A stretch of 64,000 nt of DNA from an uncultured Actinomycetota bacterium (GCA_963790415.1 CAWBOK010000003.1:607273-671272); one strand, 5' to 3'; counted from the stretch's first letter, positions 37,143-45,983 are shown. Made by a program: numbers and translations. Notes: generated by a model not told the origin, from the letters alone.

Positions 37143-39066
37143 ACGCGGCCTGACCCTGGGCACCGCGGGCCACATCGACCACGGGAAGACCACGCTGGTC
37201 AAGGCCCTCACCGGGCGCGACACCGACCGCCTGAAGGAAGAGAAGGAGCGCGGCATCTCCATCGAGCTGGGGTATGCCGAGTTGGCACTCCCCAGTGGCC
37301 TGCATCTGAGCGTGATCGACGTGCCCGGCCACGAGCGCTTCGTCAAGAACATGGTGGCCGGCGCCACCGGCATCGACCTCTTCCTGCTGGTGGTCGCCGC
37401 CGACGACGGCGTCATGCCCCAGACGCGCGAGCACCTGCGCATCATCGAGCTGCTCGAGATCCCTCTGGGAGCGGTGGCACTGACCAAGATCGACATGGTC
37501 GACGCCGAGATGGTGGAGTTGGCCGGCGCCGACATCGAGGATTTCCTGGCCACGTCGCGCTACGCCGGCGCTCCGGTGGTGCCCGTGAGCGGCGTCGACC
37601 GGGGAGGGTCTCGACGACCTCAGGCGGGTGCTCGACGAGCTGGCCGGCCGGGCGCCCACACGGACCGCCTACCCGGCCACCCGCATGCCCATCGACCGGG
37701 TCTTCTCGCTCAAGGGCATCGGCACGGTGATCACGGGCACGCTCTGGTCGGGCGAGCTTCGACCTGAGGACACGGTCACCATTCTTCCCCCACTGGGTTC
37801 GGACGTGCTTGCCGACGTGCGGGTGCGCAGCATCCAGGTGCACGACCAGCAGGTGGACGCGGCCGAGGAGGGCCAGCGGGTGGCGCTGAACCTCACCGGG
37901 GTCGACCGCGACCGCCTGCAGCGGGGCCAGTGGGTGGTGAGGGACCCCGCGGTGGAGCCCACCTACATGGCCGACGTCTCGCTCATGCTGCTGAACGACG
38001 CCCCCGAGCCCCTCACCCGCGTGAGCCGCGTGCGCGTGGACCACGGCACCCAGGAGATCCTGGCCAAGGTGGTGCTGGCCGACCGCGAAGAACTGCGGCC
38101 CGGCGACTCCTGCTACGCGCAGCTGCGTTTCGAAGATCTCGCCGTGGTCTATCCGGGCGACCATTTCATCCTCCGCTCGCTTGACCCCGGTCACCACCAT
38201 CGGCGGCGGCCGGGTGTTCGATCCGCATCCGCGCAAGCACGGCACGGAACCCAAGTGGCGGGAGCGCCTGTCGGTGCTGGAGGACGGACCCGGCGACGCC
38301 ATCCTGGCCCTTCTCCTCGAGGAGGCGTTCCCCGGGGGATTGCTGCGCCGGCGGCTGGAGACCACGCCCTATCTGTGGCGCTTCGATGCGGATGCGGCGG
38401 CGAAGGCGGTACTGCGCGACGGCCGGGCCCTGGAGGGTGCGCAGCAGCGTGTCTTCCACGGGCCGTCGTTGCTCGCGCTGGAGGAGCGGATCATGACCGT
38501 GCTCCGCGCCCGGGCCGAGGCCGACCCCGTCGACCCGTACCTGTCGGTGGGAGCGTTGCGCCGCGATGCGGGCGGAGGGAAGGAGTCGCACGCGTTCGAC
38601 GCGGCCGTGGAGCGCCTGCAGGAGGCGGGCGAGGTGGTGCGCTCGGAGCACGGGCTGCGTTGGGCCGGGGCGGCGGGGGTGCTGGAGGGCGCCGACGCGC
38701 GAACGCGCCGACGCACTCGTGGCCCACTTCGAGGCGGCGGGAGTGGAGGCCCCGTCGGTGGCGGTCGCGGCTGCCGCCGTCGGCCTCCCCGAGAAGGACG
38801 TGCTCCGCCTGCTCCAGGCCCTGGAGCGACAGGGGCGCATGGTCAAGGTGGGCGAGGACTTGTACTACGCGGTCGGCACGTTGACCCAGGCCATGGAGCG
38901 CATCGCGGCCGAGATGGAAGCCCGGGGCATGATCACCCTGGCCGAGGTGCGCGACCTGTTCGGCACCTCGCGCCGCTTCGCTCAGGCGTTGCTGGAGCAC
39001 ATGGATTCGGAAGGCCTCACCCTGCGGGTGGGCGACGCGCGCCGACTGCGCAAGCGGCGGCGGTAG
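37135..39066 (+). pseudogene. selB: selenocysteine-specific elongation factor, four segments in rotating frames
   Basis: [26 protein letters not shown]-domain; then STGEGLDDL...[16 protein letters not shown]; then PVTTIGGGRVFDP; then C-terminal winged-helix domains; junctions near 37590, 38185-38188 (C4) and 38699; start overlaps the selA stop. Confidence 0.85.
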
Positions 39067-39226
39067 GGGGAGTGGCGGGATTGCCGTAGGGGCGCCAATC
39101 TGGGTGATGTCGGTGCTAGAGTAGATACCAGTCATGATGGTTCTGGCGGTGACTCCGGTCATCACGGGTGAACGGGGCCCGCCAGACCTATGGATCGCTC
39201 GGCCCGTGCAGTGGAGGTGAGTTGGG

Positions 39227-39430
39227 TTGAAGATCAAGATAATCGTCCATGAGGCCGAAGAAGGCGGGTTCTGGGCCGAGGTTCCGGCGATACCGGGATG
39301 CGCCAGCGAAGGCGAGACTCTTGAGGAACTCCTTGAAAACGTGCACGAGGCCGTCGAGGGGTGTCTGTCCGTCGACGTCCGAGATCTCACGTTGAAGCAA
39401 TCGGACCGGGTGCTCGAGATCGCGGTGTGA
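39227..39430 (+). CDS. hicB: HicB-family antitoxin
   Basis: 67 aa from TTG 39227 with GGAGG RBS; EEGGFWAEVPAIPGCASEGETLEE signature. Confidence 0.8.
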   Translation: MKIKIIVHEAEEGGFWAEVPAIPGCASEGETLEELLENVHEAVEGCLSVDVRDLTLKQSDRVLEIAV

Positions 39431-39635
39431 CGCCCCTCTCCGGCAAGGAACTCGGCCGGCTCCTCGAGCGGCGCGGCTGGCGTCTCGCTCGAATCAACGG
39501 CAGCCACCACATCTACACCAGGCTGGACGATGACGCTAGGCTCTCAGTCCCCGTCCATGGAAACAAGCCGCTCAAGATCGGTCTCTTCAACCATCTTCTG
39601 AAGATGGCGGGCATCGATCCGGGGATCTGGACTAG
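39427..39635 (+). pseudogene. hicA: HicA-family mRNA interferase toxin (natural stop apparently lost by a 1-nt frame problem)
   Basis: GTG 39427 overlaps the hicB stop (GTGA); GKELGRLLERRGWRLARINGSHHIY...VPVHGNKPLKIG; as assembled it reads through to 40032; one extra G in the G4 run 39621-39624 gives ...AGIDPGDLD-stop at 39633-39635. Confidence 0.65.
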
Positions 39636-39807
39636 GTCCGACGGCTGGCTCCACAGGTCCGCATCTCGTTGGCGGAGCCGTCCCGCGCACCCCGCCTCAA
39701 GTATCATCCTGATTCGTACTGATTGTCAGCTGATCTACCGGGCGTGGGTACGGGAAGTGACATCCCTAGGTGGCCCCCCGGTTGGACTACAAGACACGGA
39801 GGCACCT

Positions 39808-40032
39808 ATGAACTGCGTGATCTGTAAGACCGGCACGACCGCGGCGGGCACCGTGACGGTCACTCTCGAGAGGAACGATTCCGTGGTTGTCATCAAGGAC
39901 GTGCCCGCCCAGGTATGCGACGATTGCGGCGAGTACTATCTCGACGAGGCCGTGACGAAGCGTATCTACGCTCTGGCCGAGGTGGCGTTGGAGCGTCACG
40001 CCGAGGTGGAGGTTCTGCGGTACGCCGCTTGA
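39808..40032 (+). CDS. YgiT-type zinc-finger (MqsA-like) antitoxin-like protein
   Basis: 74 aa; GGAGG RBS; CVICKTG...CDDCGEYY zinc ribbon. Confidence 0.7.
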   Translation: MNCVICKTGTTAAGTVTVTLERNDSVVVIKDVPAQVCDDCGEYYLDEAVTKRIYALAEVALERHAEVEVLRYAA

Positions 40033-40077
40033 GGCCTGCAACTCGGTAGCGATGCGCCCCGCGGCGACGGGGTTGAC

Positions 40078-41487
40078 TCAGCTCCCGGGATCTCCGGCCA
40101 ACCGGTCGCGCAGACCGGGACCGGGCACGAACACGAAGGCGCGTCCGAGACGCTTCTGTACCAGGTACCCACGCTCGACCAGGTCCAGGAGATCGCTGCG
40201 CGCCGTCGCGTAGGCGACGCTGTGAGACGCGCGGTGCGACTCGATGGTGAACCGGCTGCTCGAGTCTTTGAGTGCACGAGAGAGCAGGGCCCTCTGCCGG
40301 TAGTTGAGGCCTTCGTCGAGGGCGACACGACGTTGAAGCTCGGTGTCCTCGCCGGCTTTGCGTGCTACGTACGCCCAGAACTCCTGCAGTGCTTGTTCGA
40401 TCGCGTGCAGATGGAAGGTGAGGAAGTAGGTCAGGTCGCCGCCGTCCGTTTCCGAGTACAAGAATGCCCGTTCGTACTGCGCCCTTCGCCTCAGGATCAC
40501 TCTCGATATCGACACGTACTCGAAGAGGCGGTACCCATGCCCTAGTGAAGAGAGGTAGAAGAGCGCGCGGGCGGTCCTCCCGTTGCCGTCGCAGAAAGGA
40601 TGGAGGTAGGCCAGCCAGAAATGGAGCACCATGGCCTTCAGCACCGGGTGGATGAACTGCCCCTCGCCCTCGTTGGCAAAGCGGCAGAGGTCCTTGAGTT
40701 GCTCGGTGAGCCTGTCCGCCGACGGCGGCGTGTGGAGGATCTGACCGGTGTGGCCTCCTACCACGATGTCGTCGTCTCCCGCGGTGCGGAACCGCCCCGA
40801 TTCCGAGGGATCGTCGAGAGTCCCGTCTGTCAGTGAGGCCTGGAGTTCGAGCAGGAGGTCGGGGGAGAGGGGGGAATCCAGGAGATCTCGCATCCGCGCT
40901 ATCGTGCGATAGTTGTTCAGGATCATCCGCTCGCCTCGCGTCCGCGGCTCCCTTCCGGTACGCAGCATCTCCTTCGCGACACGCCGGGTCGTGGCGGCGC
41001 CTTCGATCTGGCTCGAGGCGATCGCCTCCTCCATCATCCGACTGAGCAGGTACGTCTGTTGGACATCGCGTCCGAGCTCGGGCACGCCGATGCCGATCCT
41101 TCCTCCGGCCTGTTGGTCGATGACCATGAGGACTCTCTGCAGTTCGTCGGTGAGGGAGTACCAGAAGACGTGGCCGTGGACGTCGCGCGCGGGCGTGTTC
41201 CTCCGATGTGAGGCGCGGGCAAGTTTCAGCACGGGCCACAGTTGCTCAGCTGAGAAGCCTCCCGGCATGCTCAGATGCTTGAACTTGTCCCAGTAGAGAT
41301 AGTCCCGGTTGGCCCTTTGGAGGAGCGTCTGGAGGCTCGGATCCTGGTCGCGGCGGAGCAGCATCTCGACAGCGGAATCGGAGGGAGCCGAGTCGGGAGC
41401 AGGTTCCGGCTTCTTGACCACTTCGTGCCTCTCGTGTTGCTCGTGTCTCTCGAGATTGATGGTAGCGTGCGTTCGCCTTATTATCAA
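40078..41487 (-). CDS. Fic-family protein with C-terminal winged HTH
   Basis: canonical HPFCDGNGRTARAL Fic motif; start (TTG 41487) uncertain. Confidence 0.85.
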   Translation of the reverse strand: MIIRRTHATINLERHEQHERHEVVKKPEPAPDSAPSDSAVEMLLRRDQDPSLQTLLQRANRDYLYWDKFKHLSMPGGFSAEQLWPVLKLARASHRRNTPARDVHGHVFWYSLTDELQRVLMVIDQQAGGRIGIGVPELGRDVQQTYLLSRMMEEAIASSQIEGAATTRRVAKEMLRTGREPRTRGERMILNNYRTIARMRDLLDSPLSPDLLLELQASLTDGTLDDPSESGRFRTAGDDDIVVGGHTGQILHTPPSADRLTEQLKDLCRFANEGEGQFIHPVLKAMVLHFWLAYLHPFCDGNGRTARALFYLSSLGHGYRLFEYVSISRVILRRRAQYERAFLYSETDGGDLTYFLTFHLHAIEQALQEFWAYVARKAGEDTELQRRVALDEGLNYRQRALLSRALKDSSSRFTIESHRASHSVAYATARSDLLDLVERGYLVQKRLGRAFVFVPGPGLRDRLAGDPGS

Positions 41488-41576
41488 CTTGATTCAAATT
41501 GATAGTTAGTTGATAGTCCGCCTCCGCCGTCGCTGACGGCCGAGTGGCGCCTCGCCAGAGTGAGACCAAAGACCCA

Positions 41577-41633
41577 TTGACGGCCGCCCGGGTCGCAGCG
41601 GTATAATGGCTATATACAACGAGCTAGATAGCC
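41577..41633 (+). promoter_or_regulatory. candidate promoter/operator of phd-vapC
   Basis: TTGACG (41577-82) - 19 nt - TATAAT (41602-07); inverted repeat GGCTAT...ATAGCC (41608-13 / 41628-33) just downstream. Confidence 0.4.
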
Positions 41634-41661
41634 ATCTGAGGGCCACCATGAGGGGGCGATA

Positions 41662-41940
41662 ATGACGGGCAGACACTATTCGATTGCTGAGGCGCGGAAC
41701 CACCTATCGGAGGTCGTCCACGAGGCCGAGTCCGAAGGTCCGGTCACGCTGACCCGCCGTGGCAGGCCGGTGGCGGTCGTCGTGGCCGTAGGCGAATTCG
41801 AGCGCTTGCGTTCCGCGAAGCTGGGATTCTGGGATGCCACGCTGGCCTTCCGCTCGTCGGTGGATGTCTCCGGACTCGACATAGACGAGGTCTACCGGGA
41901 TGTGAGGGATCGCACCCCCGGACGCCCCGTGCCCGCGTAG
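41662..41940 (+). CDS. Phd/YefM-family antitoxin
   Basis: 92 aa; YSIAEARNHLSEVVHEAE..GPVTLTRRGRPVAVVV. Confidence 0.8.
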   Translation: MTGRHYSIAEARNHLSEVVHEAESEGPVTLTRRGRPVAVVVAVGEFERLRSAKLGFWDATLAFRSSVDVSGLDIDEVYRDVRDRTPGRPVPA

Positions 41941-41944
41941 CGTC

Positions 41945-42509
41945 ATGGTGCATCAACGGGGCGCCAACTCGATCCGTTACCTTCTCGACACGAGCATCAT
42001 CTCCGAGGCCCTTGTTCCCCATCCCGATTCGCGCGTGGTGGAGAAACTGGCCTTGGTCCAGCACGAGTCGGCAACGGCCGCGCCGGTGTGGCACGAGTTG
42101 CTGTACGGCTGCCTGCGACTCGAGGCGTCACCTCGGCGGGACCGCCTGCACCGCTACCTGCTATGACGTGGTCGCCACCACGTTGCCTATCGTGGCCTAC
42201 GACGAGCCGGTTGCGGCTCGTCACGCCGCGGAGCGTGCCCGACTTGCCAAGGAGGGCCGGACGCCAACGTTCGTCGACGGGCAGATCGCCGCGATCGCCC
42301 AGGTTCACGGCCTGGTGCTCGTCACCCGCAACGTCCGCGACTTCGAATTCTTCGAGGACCTCGCGGTCGAGAACTGGTTCGACGCGGATAGCGGCACTTC
42401 CGTCGGCGAGAGCCCGACGTCTCCTACGCGCGCTCCTGAGCGCGACACATCGCCGCGCGAAGCACCTCCAGCGGCTGGGCGCCGACCACGCGCTCGCGTC
42501 CGCCGATGA
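41945..42509 (+). pseudogene. vapC: VapC (PIN-domain) toxin, frame disrupted
   Basis: YLLDTSIISE (first acidic residue) in the 41945 frame; LPIVAYDE...DGQIAAIA...LVTRNVRDF in the 42012 frame; junction near 42158-42165; 3' end uncertain (overlaps the convergent gene). Confidence 0.7.
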
Positions 42510-43035
42510 TGAACGTGGGCACGCCGCTGACGCCGGCCGCGGCGGCCTCGCTCATGGCGGCGTCGAGGCGGGCGGCGTAGCGGTCGTCGGCGAGGGCGGC
42601 ACGCAGGTCGTCGGCGTCGAGTCCGCCGCGGCGGCGCAGCGGGCGAGCACGTCGACGTCGCCGATGTCCTCACCGCTGCGCGAAGTAGGCCTCGAACACG
42701 GCTCGAGAGAACTCCGGGTAGTTGTCGTGGTCGCGGGCGTACTCGCCCGCCGCCGTCGCCAGGCGCGAGTTGGAGAGCCGCGCGACCTGGTTCATCTCGA
42801 GCCCGAATTGCGCACCCCGCGCGCGCAGGGCGGCGTACATGGCGGAGACATCCCTGCCGGCGAACCGCTCGGCAAGCGACATGCCTTCGGCCGGGGTCTC
42901 GGGGTGGATCTCGATGTCCACCCACGTCTCTTCGAGGTCGAACTCCTTCCGCAATTCGTCGACCAAACCCGTGGCGACGTAGCAGAAGGGTCAGATGAAG
43001 TCCGAGAAGATCTTCAGCTCTATGGGCACGATCAT
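42424..43035 (-). CDS. FrnE/DsbA-family thiol oxidoreductase, selenocysteine-containing (U-P-F-C)
   Basis: ATG 43035 (ATGA overlap with the hemerythrin stop); MIVPIELKIFSDFI-TGA(42991-42993)-PFCYVATG...; continues as ORF 42670..42966; then leaves and re-enters frame (about 42673 and 42623) to ...GVSGVPTFIIGGRERVVGAQPLEVL, stop TAG 42424. Confidence 0.7.
42957..42979 (-). promoter_or_regulatory. candidate bacterial SECIS hairpin
   Basis: starts 11 nt 3' of the TGA: CGUCGCC-ACGGGUUU-GG(U)CGACG, 7-bp stem with one bulge and a GGUU-containing apical loop. Confidence 0.45.
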
Positions 43036-43604
43036 TCTCCTATGTAGATCGGATACAGCTCGGTCAGGATACCCTGGCAGCGGTCGTGGTGCTCGATCAT
43101 CTCCGGCTTCTTGGCCACGTGGTCGAACGCCCAGCGGAGCTCCCGTTGGCCCGGCTCGCCGATGCGCGCGTCGGCCATGGGGTAGAGGATCTGGTTCTCT
43201 TTGGAGATGTGGCCCTCGAGCAGGCCGGCGTAGTTGCGCAGGTTGGCCGCGATGACCGCCCCCGCAGCTTGGTCGCCCGCCCGGTAGGCTTCGATCGCCT
43301 CGGCGGCCGCGCGCACGTAGGCGCGACCCTCGTCGTGCTCAGCGAGCATGACGCCGATGGGGCCGCCCTGCGACGGAACGCCGGCCTCTTCCATGGCTGG
43401 GAAGAGGAAGTCTTCTTCTTTGGCGTGGTGGTACTTGTCGGCGTAGTTGCGGATGAAATCAACCGCATTCTCGAGATGATCGGGGTTGACGGGCTCCCCC
43501 GCCTCCAGCCGGCGGACCATCTCCTTGACGATCAGGATCATGACGAGGATGTCGCCGTGCTCCCGGACCAGTTCTTCTGTGGGTGTCATCGCTGCTGGTG
43601 TCAT
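43032..43604 (-). CDS. hemerythrin-like (HHE cation-binding) domain protein
   Basis: 190 aa from ATG 43604 with GGAGG RBS; EHGDIL, HHAKEEDFLFP, LAEHDEG, HISKEN. Confidence 0.85.
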   Translation of the reverse strand: MTPAAMTPTEELVREHGDILVMILIVKEMVRRLEAGEPVNPDHLENAVDFIRNYADKYHHAKEEDFLFPAMEEAGVPSQGGPIGVMLAEHDEGRAYVRAAAEAIEAYRAGDQAAGAVIAANLRNYAGLLEGHISKENQILYPMADARIGEPGQRELRWAFDHVAKKPEMIEHHDRCQGILTELYPIYIGE

Positions 43605-43716
43605 GCGGTACCTCCACCGGTGCGTGGACGTGTGATGGTGACTGATATTTCCACTGTGATGGAAGTGTAAACATCGGTAGGAGGGCATATGGGCGGCGGA
43701 GGCCGTAGGGCCTCCC

Positions 43717-44331
43717 TCACCCCACCGGCAGCAGTACCTCGTTGCGCCGCATGAACCAGGGCTTGAAGGGCGGGTCGTAGCGGGCCCACTCGGGGGCACC
43801 GGCGCAGGCCAGGTCCTGGCGCTCGATCCATGCGTAGAGTTCTTCGAGGTGGCGCTCGTAGCCCTTCTCGTTCCACAGGCCGGCGTAGCGTACCGCGGCC
43901 ACTCGGCGGGCGGGCACCGTGCGCAGGGCCACCTCCGGGTCCGTCGGTACCGGCAGGGTCTCCATGGTGTACCCGGCGGGCATGGCGAAGCTGACGGCCC
44001 AGCGATCGGGCGCACCCTCGTCGGGAGCACGGGCGATGACGCATGCATCGGCTGCGACCTGGGGCTCGCCGGCTGCCTCGTGCTGCGAGACCGGCGCCGT
44101 CATGGCGATGCGCTCCCCCGCTTCGCGCTGGGCCACGGGGGCCGTCATGGCCACACGGCTGCGGGAGCGGTTGTGCCCCGCGATGTAGCGGAAGAGCCGG
44201 TCGAAGGCCCGGTTGCCCGCGCTCTCGAGGCTCCCCGCGACCACGGTCTCGGCCACGATGTGGGTGGGGTAGTCGCGGAGTTCGAAGGGTCCGTCGGTTC
44301 GGACTACGGTGTACTGGGTCTGTTCGGTCAT
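43717..44331 (-). CDS. SOUL haem-binding family protein
   Basis: 204 aa; YTVVRTDGPFELRDYP, FRYIAGHN, IAMTAPV (twice). Confidence 0.8.
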   Translation of the reverse strand: MTEQTQYTVVRTDGPFELRDYPTHIVAETVVAGSLESAGNRAFDRLFRYIAGHNRSRSRVAMTAPVAQREAGERIAMTAPVSQHEAAGEPQVAADACVIARAPDEGAPDRWAVSFAMPAGYTMETLPVPTDPEVALRTVPARRVAAVRYAGLWNEKGYERHLEELYAWIERQDLACAGAPEWARYDPPFKPWFMRRNEVLLPVG

Positions 44332-44789
44332 TGGGCGCCTCCGGTGAGGTAGCGGTGCAGTCGGTACTTCAGGGCCTCGTATTCCAGGGCGCCTTCGATG
44401 CGGTCGATCTCCTTGGCGCCGTCGAGGACCAGTAGCGTGGGTGTGGCCGAGACCCGGTAGCGCGCGGCGAGGCCCCGCTCCTGGTCGATGTTCACCCTGC
44501 CCACCCGCAGGCGCTCGGACAGCTCGGGCGTCACCCGCCTGAGCACGGGCTCGAATCGCTTCGAGTATCCGCAGGTAGGAGACCAGAACTCGAGCAGCAC
44601 CCGGAGCGGCGACCGCGCCACCGATTCGCCGAAGTTCCCCTCGGTGAACACGAGCGGTTCGGATTGCGGGACCGGCAGCTCGAGGTACTCGTGGCAGTGG
44701 GCGCAGCGCGGCCGAGCGGCTTCCGCCTTGGTTCTATCGATCCGGTTCTTGGTGCTGCACGCCGGGCAGCGAACGATCACCGTCGACAT
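44328..44789 (-). CDS. thioredoxin with N-terminal zinc-ribbon (Trx2-like), monothiol C-G-Y-S site
   Basis: 153 aa; CPAC...CAHC zinc ribbon; FWSPTCGYSKRF where WCGPC is expected; ATGA overlap with the SOUL gene. Confidence 0.8.
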   Translation of the reverse strand: MSTVIVRCPACSTKNRIDRTKAEAARPRCAHCHEYLELPVPQSEPLVFTEGNFGESVARSPLRVLLEFWSPTCGYSKRFEPVLRRVTPELSERLRVGRVNIDQERGLAARYRVSATPTLLVLDGAKEIDRIEGALEYEALKYRLHRYLTGGAQ

Positions 44790-44847
44790 ATCAGCCTCCC
44801 TTACGTTGTGCCGGTGGGGACGGCCGCGCGGCAGGTCGGCGGAGCCG

Positions 44848-45423
44848 TCAGCCGGCGAGGCGCGGTATGAGCCACGCGATGGTCTCGCCCAGGTCGCGCA
44901 TGTTGCGCAGGGCCTCTTCGTCGTCTGCGACCTCCCCCTTCTCCCGCCCGACGCCGAAGTTCCAGTACGTCGAGCCGGGCACGATCATCCGGGACATCAG
45001 GAACATGTGGTTGATCGAGTCCAGCACGTTCACCGCTCCCCCACGCCGCTGGGCGACCACTGCCGCTCCGATCTTCCGGGCGAAGAGGCCTCCGTTGACC
45101 ACGGCGACGTAGCCGGCGCGGTCGATCAGCGCGGTCATCTCCGCGGTCATGCCGGAGAAGTACGTGGGCGAGCCCAGGATGATGGCGTCGGCCTCGATCA
45201 TCTTGGCGATGCACTCGTTCGCGATGTCGGTCTTGACCGAGCAGCGGGAGTCCTGGTTCTCGCGGCACTTGTTGCAGGCCGTGCAGCCTCGCAGGGGCCG
45301 GCCCCCGATCTGGACCAGTTCGGTGTCGATGCCGGCCTCGGCGATGGGCTCGAGCACTTTGCGCAGCAGGAACTCGGTGTTCCCCTCTCGGCGGGGGCTT
45401 CCGTTGAACGCCACGGCTTTCAT
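44848..45423 (-). CDS. flavodoxin-like FMN reductase / iron-sulfur flavoprotein family
   Basis: 191 aa from ATG 45423; MKAVAFNGSPRREGNT, CTACNKC, GSPTYFSGMT. Confidence 0.8.
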   Translation of the reverse strand: MKAVAFNGSPRREGNTEFLLRKVLEPIAEAGIDTELVQIGGRPLRGCTACNKCRENQDSRCSVKTDIANECIAKMIEADAIILGSPTYFSGMTAEMTALIDRAGYVAVVNGGLFARKIGAAVVAQRRGGAVNVLDSINHMFLMSRMIVPGSTYWNFGVGREKGEVADDEEALRNMRDLGETIAWLIPRLAG

Positions 45424-45681
45424 CCGGCGGTCTCCTTTGTGAGTGGTGGGCGGTGCCGGCGGTCTGGGCCGCGGGCGGCACGTGCTGCGTGTCTGTGGGA
45501 TCGGTCTCTGGGGGAGTACCCCTCGGTGGCCCATTGCTACTCGGGACGATGCGGAAACCTGTGGGCGACGTGAGGGCCGCGTCCGAGACCGACCACGGGC
45601 GGCCGCTCTCCGTCACCTTTCGGGCGTGGTCGCGCCGACGGGCGAGGCGGCCCGCGATGCGCTAGAATCAGAGGCTCTCGT

Positions 45682-45778
45682 GGAGTGGCATCCGGTCTGG
45701 TGGCCGGCCCGGTCTTCAAAACCGCTGTTGGGCGGTGACCCCGTCCAGGGTGGGTTCGATTCCCACGCCGCTCCGCCA
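45682..45778 (+). tRNA. selC: tRNA-Sec (anticodon UCA)
   Basis: 8-bp acceptor GGAGTGGC/GCCGCTCC, 6-bp D-stem with 4-nt loop (CCGGTC-TGGT-GGCCGG), anticodon loop CTTCAAA, long variable arm (TGGGCGG-TGACC-CCGTCCA), 5-bp T-stem GTGGG-TTCGATT-CCCAC, discriminator G, encoded CCA. Confidence 0.9.
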
Positions 45779-45853
45779 TCTGATTTGCAGGGGTTTCTTC
45801 GTGAGTTGGAGCCCGGTCCCGGGTGGCCGGGCTTCGTTGTCTTCGGAGCGGGT

Positions 45854-45884
45854 TGCCCTCCGTTTGCAAACGTTAGGTTGCCTT
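45854..45884 (+). repeat. 31-nt direct repeat copy R1 (candidate att-type site)
   Basis: TGCCCTCCGTTTGCAAACGTTAGGTTGCCTT; 27/31 identical to 47727-47757; contains the perfect palindrome CGTTTGCAAACG. Confidence 0.55.
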
Positions 45885-45983
45885 ATCTATTTGCTGCCCC
45901 CCAAGCGACCTTGAGTAACCGGGGGGCTGCTGTCCCAGTACGGTGATAGGGTGTGACGGTCCAGCGAACCGGGAGGAAACACG

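Noticed and set aside
35610-37659. 647-aa and 343-aa minus-strand ORFs across selA/selB
   Set aside because: Antisense to strongly supported selA/selB segments. They have a low-complexity Arg/Pro/Ala/Gly composition.
39893-41239. 448-aa alternative-frame ORF overlapping fic
   Set aside because: Arg/Pro-rich. The 40078..41487 frame contains the exact Fic motif HPFCDGNGRTAR.
45779-45853. Searched for a copy of the tRNA-Sec 3' end elsewhere in the window as a classical tRNA-overlapping att site
   Set aside because: No second copy of GGTTCGATTCCCACGCCGCTCCGCCA was seen by eye. The only convincing direct repeats are R1/R2, which lie downstream of the tRNA.
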